DNA of 63,734 nucleotides, filler included, from Bonamia ostreae (Eukaryota): NCBI GenBank assembly GCA_040357525.1. It is 34 parts of 34 records of this genome, joined end to end, with 100 filler letters (N's around TTAATTAATTAA, not from the genome) between each part and the next. Parts side by side here need not be neighbours in the genome. Positions count along the whole stretch, not along the records: positions 39,564 to 41,338 come from JBDODL010001345.1; positions 41,439 to 43,209 come from JBDODL010001346.1; positions 43,310 to 45,079 come from JBDODL010001347.1; positions 45,180 to 46,948 come from JBDODL010001348.1; positions 47,049 to 48,817 come from JBDODL010001349.1; positions 48,918 to 50,685 come from JBDODL010001350.1; 28 more parts are not named here. One strand, 5' to 3'. Shown piece by piece: positions 40,669 to 50,785 of this stretch (position 1 is its first letter; each line of letters starts with the position of its first letter). The notes under the pieces were generated by a model. It saw only the letters and a program-made list of their open reading frames with translations, ran no database searches and was not told where the DNA came from. The position numbers and the translations under genes were made by a program.

Positions 40669-41338
40669 TCAAAAATTGATCAAATTCGGATGCATTTCCA
40701 TCTCTTTTCTATAACTCTCAACGTCTTTAATAAATTCAAATTTTTCTTCGTCGATTTGAAAACCGTCTTTTATTTTCGCCTTAAAATTTGTTTTAGAAAT
40801 GTAAAAACCTTTTTCGAATTTACAATTGCAGAAATCAACAATTTTCTGTCTTTTTTCGACAAAATTTTGCTTTTAAAAAAATTTAAAAGATCTGCTTTTT
40901 TAATTTTTTCTGCTTCTTTTCTATTGTTTTCTCCTTTTTTATAAAATTTTTGTCTTTTTTTAAAAATGAAAAAAATTTACGGAAAAATTATTTTTAATCG
41001 AAAAAAAATTCAACAAAATTTTTCAACTTTTGTAAAAATCAAGTCGTCCGTTAAAAATCTCTTTCCAGAATCGATTTGCTTCCGAATAGAAATTATGATC
41101 TTTTTGGCTAATTGTGTTTATTAGCGCAGTTTTGTACGACAGAAATTTGTCTTCTTCAAATTTTTCGACTTCTGACTAAATTACAAAAATTTTGCCAAAA
41201 AAACGTAAATTTGTTTTAGCGCTTTTTCGATTCTGTTTTCAGCGTAAAGTGGATGATAATCGCCTTGGACAAGAACTGCAAAAGACAAAACTTTGTTCTG
41301 TTCAAGTGCCCATCCCCCAACGTGATATCCTGTTTAAC
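40669..41338 (-). CDS. Insulin-degrading enzyme-like M16 peptidase, C-terminal exons
   Basis: Spliced FAVLVQGDYHPLYAENRIEKAL...F..YK.ALI...QKD.N...EANRFWKEI..GR.DF...KADLL.FF...RK; missed by the ORF track because of introns. Confidence 0.75.
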
Positions 41339-41941
41339 NNNNNNNNNNNNNNNNNNNNNNNNNNNNNNNNNNNNNNNNNNNNTTAATTAATTAANNNNNN
41401 NNNNNNNNNNNNNNNNNNNNNNNNNNNNNNNNNNNNNNCTTTTCATGAAAATTTTTTGTCTAACCCGGAGCCGTTCTGTTTCGATGAACAGTCATATCAG
41501 CCAAAACACCAATATCTGCTACAACAAATTAAAGTTCATTTATTTTTTAATTCTCGTCTCTCTGATGAGGATTATAGACAGTTTTTTTAGTTGAAATGAT
41601 GACTGATCCCAAGCGTATGTCTGGTTCTGAAACAAAATAAACGACACCATAACCTAACTTTTATCTTTGCCTGTTTCACATGGTAATGTAGACATTCAAA
41701 TGCGTTTTACAATATATCAGCTCAAGGAGACATTTTGAGGCAGCGTTAAAATTCAAGATATGATTCGAATTTCAATTAAAAAGGATTTTAATTACTTTAA
41801 ATTGTTGACAAATGATTAGATTTAAACGTCATTTACGAAACTGTTAAACCACAACCTGATTTCTTCCTATATTATATAATAAAAACGCTCATTCCCATTT
41901 CATTAATATTTCTTTAATCTCGACTAATATTTCCACAAAAA

Positions 41942-43209
41942 ATGCCTTTTTATTATATTGCTGGAGACATCGGTGGAACGAACGCACGTCTGCACTTGTA
42001 CCTCGTTCCGGAAAAGGGCGACGAAGAGTTGATCGCCGAACGTTATTACAAAAGCCAAGATTTCAACAGTTTGACAGCTATCGTCTTTCGATTTCTGTCT
42101 GACGAGAGAATTGAGGAAATTCCAAATTCAGCCTGTTTTTCTTTGGCTGGCCCGGTCAAAAACGGTTCTGTTGATCTTACAAATCTCGTTTTTACTATAA
42201 AATTTAAATTATTTTAACGAATAATAATTGAAAGGGTTGGATCATATCAGAAAAAGAAATGGAGAACGAACTCGGAATCAAAAATGTCACTTTTCTGAAC
42301 GACTTTGCAGCGAACGGATACGGCATCCAGTTGCTGGAAGAAGACGAACTATTCGAAATATCAAATAATAAAGTTCCCGAACCAAACGGACCGAAAATCA
42401 TCATCGGCGCTGGGACAGGACTGGGAGAAGCCTTCATTTTCAGGAAAGATTCACAATCTATCGTAATTCCCGGAGAAGGCGGCCACACCGATTTCGCGCC
42501 GCGAACCAAAGTCGAATTCGACTTAATGCTCTACATCAAGAAAAAACTGAATCTGAGTCGTGTCGGAGTTGAACGGGTGATATCTGGTCCCGGCATTGAG
42601 ATGATCTATTGGTTCTTCGTGGACAATAATCCCGGTCTCGAAAACAAGGAAGTCTCTGATATAATCAGATCTGATTCCAGCCCCGGAAAAACAATTACCA
42701 AATTTGCTATCGGAAAAGAAGTTTAAATTAAGATCTCACATCTCTTAGTTCAATTTATATTTGTGCTGCATGCACACTTTAGTAAATCTTTTCACTTGAA
42801 AACGAAGTAATAATGTCGGTCCACTTTTCGTGGGCAAGGCAACGCTTCGTTTATAAGATCAATCGTTTTAGAATTTAGTTTCTAAAACACTTAATTCGAT
42901 GTTTTGTATACCAGTGAGAACCCATCCTCTATGTTGCTCATCAACATAGAGATCCTGAAACATTTGTTTTAATGACTTGGTTTGGGTCTGCTCTTTATTT
43001 TGGTCACAAAGATTTAAACCTCTCAATTTTACATTTATTTGTTTAGTGGCTGAATCCCATTTTGCATCATTTTTGAAAAACGGAAATTTCCAAATTTTTG
43101 CGAACAAGAGTTAAATTTACTTCGAAAACGTTAAAGGACATAATCTGCGAAAAAGCGCTCAAACTGTTTATTGGTTGTTACGGAGCGGAGGCTGGCAACA
43201 TGGCGCTGA
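41942..43209 (+). CDS. glk: Bacterial Glk-type glucokinase; exons 41942-42187, 42235-42720, 43137 onward (3' partial)
   Basis: IAGDIGGTNARL, AGPV, LTNLGW, LNDF.A.GYG, GAGTGLGEA, EGGH.DFAP, ERVISGPG, YGAEAGNMAL. Confidence 0.93.
42742..43110 (+). ncRNA. Candidate structured RNA inside glucokinase intron 2
   Basis: Closing stem plus at least five nested helices found by eye; no family assigned. Confidence 0.35.
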
Positions 43210-45179
43210 NNNNNNNNNNNNNNNNNNNNNNNNNNNNNNNNNNNNNNNNNNNNTTAATTAATTAANNNNNNNNNNNNNNNNNNNNNNNNNNNNNNNNNNN
43301 NNNNNNNNNGAATTCGTTTTTTAAAAATGTAACTTATTAGCTGTAGATAGTACATGTTATGCATACTACTTGTAATAGGAATATTCAATATTTACATATG
43401 TGCTCTTTCTCACTCTTTCTCAATTTCAATGATTTAGATCCAGCTGTACCTGCATTATTCTACAAATTTGTTTTATATAACAAAAATGCTTACGCTCCAT
43501 AGAGTTTACAAAAATATCACTACATAAGAGGTATTAAATATTTCTACATTATTGTAGGTCAATCTACATGTACGCAGTTTGATTAAAAAATATATATATT
43601 TAAATAAAAGTGTTTTGAATTATGCTACTAAAGTACACTGAATTATACACATGAATCAGCGAAATATACACTTGGCTTGAGGAGATGATTTTATGAATTT
43701 ATAAATAAAATTACTAAATTACACAGTTTTAATTCTGTTGGTGGTTTCCATGCCTAGGATTTCAATTCTTATTTCTTTATAGAACATAACCTATTTTTCT
43801 CTGCGCTGGCCTTTTTGAAAATGTCTAGCCGAGCCATTTGAGATAATTTTGGGCATAATCACAATCTGGTTGCTTCGAAAATTTCCCGAACAAAAGTTGA
43901 AATCCTATATTCAATTGTATGACTGGTAAATCACCGACACTATTCATAGTGTCGCTATAACTGTATTATGATTCGAACTGGAAGATGGCGACGTAAGTGC
44001 CGTCTCTGATAATTGTCTATGACAATGTAATAGAGAAAGAAGATAACCCTGTCATTAACGATACTTAAATAGGTATTTACCTGGATGAAAAGAATACTCA
44101 TTCTATTATGGCTTTAAATGACTTGTAAATGTTATTTTCAAATCTATTTTCATGATATCCTGAACTATGAATAACATAATGAAATTTCGAGTGGGATATC
44201 TTGAGAACGTGTGTAGTAGCAACATCTGTACTATTGTTTTATTGTTGCCGAGGTATCCTTTGGTGCTATTACGTAACTATAGTGCGCCGAAGTATTGTTG
44301 CGGTCATGTAACGATGTAATGCGATATCCCTTCATCTGAACTCCAGTAACATAAACTTGTACCGAATATGCAGTGTTTTAAAATGCAAAAGATTACATCA
44401 ATACATTAAACTCACGAATGGCCTAATTTGGTCTTTTGGTATTAAAATCTATTAAAACGTGTGTCGCTTTTTGTATAAGATTGTACAAACCAATTTTCAA
44501 TCATATACTATTTACCTACTGATTTTATTTAACGCAACAAAATATAATACAATCACGGGCACGTTAGTGTCGTCGACTACCTTACTTTAGTAAAAAAGAA
44601 AGTATTCAAGTTTTGAAATTATCGTTGAATAGTAACGAATACCGAATGTATATAGCAAAAACGTTGGCAACGTTTAGAAAAAGAAATGAATGATATTTAA
44701 AGAGCCCTGATCCTCATAGTCATACCAGATAAACCCTGTATGCTCCTATCTATCCCAATAATCTGTTCCCACACGGTAAACTTTTGTCTAATGAACCAGT
44801 TAAGTTTAAATATCCTCCTACCGTGTTTTAGCTGGGCGCATTGCTCGAAGAGCAATTTACCGTGTAGTGTAAACATATTGAAGCCGGATGTTAACCACAC
44901 GTTCGCCAAATTGAATCTATGTTTCAAAATATAGTATATATTTTCAATTGCTGTTGAAACATGACAAAATTTGAATCAACACAAAAAATAACATATTGAA
45001 TACTGAACAAAATTAAAAGCTTGAACAAGATAAAAACAGTCGTTAGAATACACTTTCTATTACAAAATCTAGTTCTACTNNNNNNNNNNNNNNNNNNNNN
45101 NNNNNNNNNNNNNNNNNNNNNNNTTAATTAATTAANNNNNNNNNNNNNNNNNNNNNNNNNNNNNNNNNNNNNNNNNNNN

Positions 45180-45713
45180 CTAGCAGCACTGCCACTATCC
45201 CCCAAATGCTCGTGGCTCTTAAAAATTTTGGATTCGACGACAAAACATCAGATTTCTACATGACAATAAGCAACTCCATGCTCAAAATTGGACCAAACAT
45301 CTATTTTATTATGATCATTATTTTCGCTTCGAATTACAACGGAAATCCTCTTGATACGAAGAGCCAATTTATCGCTGCGATTTTTTCTGTGATCATTACG
45401 TTTGCCTGTCCCAGCATACCAATGGGGACGATTATTTACAGTGTAGCGATTGGAAAACTTTTCAACGTCGACGTCAATTCTGAAATCTTGTCCGTCATTA
45501 TAACCATCGACCCGATCATGGATCGTATTATGACTGTTTTATTTTATCGACATTGCCCAACATAAAAATATCAGTGACAAAATTATAACTTAAAAGATCT
45601 CCAGCATTTACATTAGCTACGTAAGTTACGTCATCGTAGTCTACTTCGTAACAATATTTAAAGGAGATCATCTTAACGTCGGTAGCAGAAAGCCTAAAAG
45701 CGATCGGAGGTGA
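45180..45713 (+). CDS. Divergent dicarboxylate/amino acid:cation symporter (SLC1/SDF) paralog, 3' part
   Basis: SSTATIP, ACPSIPMG, IDPIMDRIMT; GT-AG intron immediately after DRIMT. Confidence 0.75.
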
Positions 45714-45774
45714 CAGATGTTCAAAAAAATAAACAGCAATGAATATTTACATTAAAATGGCGATGTTATTTACA

Positions 45775-46709
45775 TTAATCCTTGTTATCACTCCGTGCAC
45801 CATCATCTTTGTTGCCAGGCAAATCACCAACATCGGCTTGAGCGTCGACGGGCACATCAAAAACAGTTTTAACAGCGGTTTTGTCATCGTCCGATTTGGG
45901 AGAAAGCTCCATCTTTTCTTCGAACTCTCGCAGAGGCTTCGTAACGGATTTTCTCTTCGACTCTTCGATGATCTGCTGGCTTCTTCTCATCCGTCTCAAG
46001 GTGCGCGAGAGAGCAGAAGACGATCTTTCTCTCGGATGCTTTCCGTCGCTCGGCTTCCCACTGTCGTCTTCGCCCGAGATGTTAACTTGTGTAGCTATTT
46101 TCTTGAATTCGTCGCTGGCGTTTTTGCCGTCTTTCTTCGCCCGCCGTTTGATCATCCACTTGAAAGTCACTTCGATCAAGGCCACGGAGAAGGAGTCTCC
46201 GAGCACGTTCGTGGCCTTTAAAGTTTTATTTAGAACGGTCAGAATCCTGTCCATTATCGGGTCAATGGCCCAAATGAGCGATTGGGCTTGGAGCGGCAAG
46301 GTGACGCCGACCGTTTCGGACACGAGAGTAAGATAGACCAATGCGCCCGATGGCACAGGCGCACTCCCCACCGTGACGAAAACGGTGACGAGGCTGAGCA
46401 GAATCTGTGTTCCGAAGGCGACAGGTTTTTTGTAGAGGAAGCCGATGAACAGAATGGTGACCGGGTAATAGATGCTCGAGCCGTTCATGTTCAGCGTAGA
46501 GCCGAGCGGGAGCACAAAATTGGCGATGTTTTTGTCGATGCCGGCGCGATAGGAAGCTTCCAAGTTGAGAGGGAGCGCAGCTGCGCTGCTCGCGGTAGCC
46601 AGCGCGGTCAGGATCGCGGAGGTGTAATGGCTGATGTACTTGAAAGGGTTTTTCCGCGCCATTGCGAAATATAGAGAGGGATAGAAAACGAATGCTTGGA
46701 ACAGATTGC
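45775..46709 (-). CDS. Dicarboxylate/amino acid:cation symporter (SLC1/SDF family), 3' part
   Basis: TASSAAALP, FVLPLGSTLNMNG, GSAPVPSG, IDPIMDRILTATNVLGD after removing the 21-nt intron 46236-46216. Confidence 0.92.
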
Positions 46710-46760
46710 CTTTTGGGAATAAATTTGGAAGGTCAAATTGAGAATTATTGCGACGATGGA

Positions 46761-46948
46761 AATTCGGTCGCTGAAAATCAAAAAATTAAATTGAAAAGAG
46801 AACAATAAAAAATTTTGCGACAATAAAAATTCGGTCGCTGAAAATCAAAAAATTAAATTGAAAAGAGAACAATAAAAAATTTTGCGACAATAAAAATTCG
46901 GTCGCTGAAAATCAAAAAATTAAATTGAAAAGAGAACAATAAAAAATT
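46761..46948. repeat. 67-bp tandem repeat, about 2.8 copies, intronic
   Basis: Unit starts at 46761, 46828 and 46895, upstream of the AG acceptor at 46711-46710. Confidence 0.92.
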
Positions 46949-47280
46949 NNNNNNNNNNNNNNNNNNNNNNNNNNNNNNNNNNNNNNNNNNNNTTAATTAA
47001 TTAANNNNNNNNNNNNNNNNNNNNNNNNNNNNNNNNNNNNNNNNNNNNATGCTAAAACGACATATTTTCGAAATCGAAATGTCAAAAAAAACTTACAAAG
47101 GATGAAATCTGAAGTGAAGAGATAAAATCTTTATTAACTAAAAAAACAAATGGTTGCAAGATTGCCAAAACGGTTTGGAAGAAAACCGTTCTGCAATAAT
47201 AAAATTGATAAATGGTTGGGAAAGAATTTGTTTAAAACGAGTTTAGATTTTTTACAAAATAAAAAGTCAAATTTGAAAAT

Positions 47281-47802
47281 TTAAAGGTTGTTATAAAAGC
47301 GATCGATATCTTTTGCAATACAGTTTTCGCGAACAGTTTCATATTTCTTCAACGCACTAAAATCGACTGCTGTTATCTTTTCTGCAAAATCTTTTAACCG
47401 AGAATAAAAAAGATGGCCAAAATCAGCCATTTTTTCTATAATCTCCATTTGATGGTTTTCCATCAAATTTTCGTTTACTACGACAAACAAATCTTTTTTC
47501 ATCGCAAGCACTTCAAAAATCGTGCCAGCTCCGCCATGTGAAATTATGAGATCGCTCATTTCAATGATTTGTCTTAATTCGTTTGAGAATGCCAATATTG
47601 TTACATCAATGCCATCCGAAAATTCTTTTAATTTAAGAGGAACGACTGTACCGTTTCCTCTTTGAACGATCAAATTCCCAAAATTATTGTTTTTTAAAAA
47701 AGTGCAAAATTTCTGCGCAATTTTTCGGCTGTTTAAAATTTGCATTAATCCATCAAATCTCGTTGTTCCAACTGTTATTAAACAAGTTTTCTTTTCAACC
47801 AT
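47281..47802 (-). CDS. ALG13: UDP-N-acetylglucosamine transferase subunit ALG13
   Basis: ITVGTTRFD.L, IVQRG, LIISHGGAGTIFE.L, VVVNE.LMENHQ.E; intronless, 173 aa. Confidence 0.95.
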   Translation of the reverse strand: MVEKKTCLITVGTTRFDGLMQILNSRKIAQKFCTFLKNNNFGNLIVQRGNGTVVPLKLKEFSDGIDVTILAFSNELRQIIEMSDLIISHGGAGTIFEVLAMKKDLFVVVNENLMENHQMEIIEKMADFGHLFYSRLKDFAEKITAVDFSALKKYETVRENCIAKDIDRFYNNL

Positions 47803-47826
47803 TTTTACGTTTAAGTCTTATAATTA

Positions 47827-48389
47827 ATGAGCGATTTGAGATTCAAATGTCATTTTACAAAAGATTTAATGCGCAAAAATAAAAGATTCCAAGACGGAGT
47901 ATTGACCTTTTCTAAGTGCCCCAGTTTTAAAGGTTTACTAGAATCTGCAGAAGGGGAAAAATTGGAGAGGTTTTTCCCGAAGAAAAGTTTTGTTCCGCAA
48001 ATCGGGGAAATCTTCGAAAGCGATCGACATCTAATCGAAGTTTGATCAAAATTGTTTAGATAACAGATAAAATCGGAAACGATGAAAATACCAAAATCGA
48101 AACAGAAAATATTTCTAAAAACGTCGATGAAAAAGCTACAAAAAGCGGAGAAGAAAAAAGCGAATTAATAGACAAGCACAAATCATCTAAATTTTCCATT
48201 TATGAAAACAAGAAAAAAAACAAAATTTTTAAAAGCGAAGAAACGACTAAAGAAACGAAGAAATTGAAAACGAATCAACAAGAATCGTTTAAAAAGACGC
48301 AAGATGCAAATATTTGGCAGAAAATCAACCACAAAACGGGGTTCAGAAGTGCGAGAGAAATTTTGGAGACGCTAGAAAAAGCCAAATAA
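47827..48389 (+). CDS. DUF2439 (ZGRF1/Mte1 N-terminal-like) domain protein, 2 exons
   Basis: F.C.FT.D..RK.KRFQDG.L; the 20-nt GT-AG intron 48040-48059 restores the frame to TAA at 48387-48389. Confidence 0.7.
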
Positions 48390-48917
48390 TTTTCTGCAAT
48401 AAAAATTTTTACTCTTCGCCATCCCATTCTCAATATTTAGTTTTTATAGTTTTATCGTTTAAGACCAATTTTGCCATTTAATTGAGGCATTTATTGGAGT
48501 CCATTGCGAAAAAGCGATTTTACCACGTTTTCGTTTAATCTATAAAATGGTTTTCTTGTTAAACTTTAAGAGAAGAAGTGCTCAAGCTAGTTTAATTTAC
48601 TACATATCACTTTTTCTCGCCTCTTATTACGTGCTTTGGACGTTGAGCGTAAATTGATTTTATAAAATTAGTATTTTTTGGATGAATCGAATGTCGTGCG
48701 GTCGTTTTTTCCAGATATTTATTATTCCTACGCGCCCGTAGCTCTCTTAGTTTTCGCTTTTGCTGTGTTCGCTACGTTGCTGTAAATTTTTTGTTTTTAA
48801 ACTATTCGTTTTTAGTGNNNNNNNNNNNNNNNNNNNNNNNNNNNNNNNNNNNNNNNNNNNNTTAATTAATTAANNNNNNNNNNNNNNNNNNNNNNNNNNN
48901 NNNNNNNNNNNNNNNNN

Positions 48918-50309
48918 ATTTTATTCTAAATTTTTGTTTTGGAAAAATTTTAATGATCGTTTATTTAAAAAAATCAAAACGAGAATGACAGGACATTGTT
49001 CTTTTCTTACAGTATGAGCGATTGCTCCGGCGATGGCTTTGACTGGAGTTTTTGCTGAAACTGTCAAAACTCTTCTCTGATTTTATTTTGTTATTAAATT
49101 TTGTCTTTTGATATTATTAAAACAAAAATTAATGTTGAATTTTTTAATTTTAAATTAACGAAAAATTGAAATTTTGTTATTAAATTAAAAACAAAAATAA
49201 GTCCAATTTTAGAAATAACAAAATTGTTATCAATAGAAGGTTTGTCACAAATTTTCAAAGATAATTTCAGAAAAGTCTTTCCTACCATTTTCACAAAACA
49301 CAATTCCAGTTTTAGTAATCGCAAAAAATAGCCATATTCCATTTCGAAAAAAGTTTTCAAATCGAAAAAATGTTTTTTCTTGTTATTTGCAGTTTTGTCG
49401 TGGCAATTGTTGAAAATTCCTAAAGACAGAAAATTTCGAATCGAAACAGTAACGGATTGAATGTCGATCCAAAAAATTACTTTGTCTTTTCTTACAATTT
49501 CATTTTTTTGCAAATTTTGTGAAGCGTTTACATTGTTTCTATATTTTACGAATACCAGTTTTTCTATTTTGTCAAAATAACAATGAAATATTTATATGAA
49601 ACAACAAAATATGTATGCGTAACAATCAAATCGAAAACTTGTAACTTTAGTTCCGACAATTTTGGTTTCAACCGGTTTTTCTTTTTCGATAATTTCCTGT
49701 TTTAAACAATGAAAAAATGTCGGTCGATTTAAACAACATTCTTCCCATTCTCTTAAAATATCTTATTGTTTTTAAATTATAAATTCTTACAGTTACAATT
49801 TTTGCAACATTTTTTATCAAAATAACTTGGATTTCCAAATTCTGCAAAAATTGGTCTATTTTCTAATTGGTTGAATTTATAGTACGCTTTTTTTGAATCG
49901 TGGATGTTTTTAAAATACATTATTGCTTGATCCATCAAAATGCCTTTCTTTAAAAGCAATTTGTTAGATGAAAAATTTATATTTTCGTTTGATTAAAAAC
50001 CATTTTAAAAATAATTTTAAATTTTAAAAAAATCCAATTTAAAACTTCATCAAAACATATTTCAAGCGGCAAATCAAAATTAGCTCTTCCCCTACAAAAC
50101 TCAAAAATCTCTTTATCTCCACAAAAATCCACCAAATTGAACAAAATTAATTTCAAATTCGGCGCAAAAAAATATTGCGTTTCCTTTTTCTGAAGATGTC
50201 TACAGACTCTTTTTGTTTTCACGAAAACTTTTCTTTTATCGTTATGAACTGATTTTGCTTTCTCAAAAATGGCTGTTCGATAAACTTCTGCTGTGCGATG
50301 TATGGCCAT
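48918..50309 (-). CDS. Multi-exon protein with a divergent U2AF1/ZRSR2-like N-terminal region
   Basis: AEVYRTAIF...VCRH...P..KLILFNL; RRM-like AIMYF....S.KAY..FN....RPIFAEF...F...CC; later C...FFH. Confidence 0.4.
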
Positions 50310-50785
50310 ATCTCTTTACAAATCGAAGAGATTTAATAAAAAAACGGGTAATATTTTTTAAAGTCGCCATTAATAAAAAATGGCTTGCTGTTCATTCCAA
50401 AGTTGCCGTAATAACAGATAACCTCTTTTAGAAACAGCCGAAAAAGTAACCGAGAGGTTTTTTACATATTTACGGAAACTACTTTTAAGTACTCGTTTTT
50501 TAAATTTTAAGTTTCACTTCGAATTTTCTTTTGATGTTTAATATTGTTTTAACTGTATTTTTAGCAGAAAAATTTTTTATTTAAACTCGGTATTTTTATT
50601 TGAGTTTGTCTTGAAACCAAAATTTAATTCGTTTATTTATGTTCTTTCACATATTCTCATTGTCTTCTTTTGAAGTGACCCGTTCNNNNNNNNNNNNNNN
50701 NNNNNNNNNNNNNNNNNNNNNNNNNNNNNTTAATTAATTAANNNNNNNNNNNNNNNNNNNNNNNNNNNNNNNNNNNNNNNNNNNN

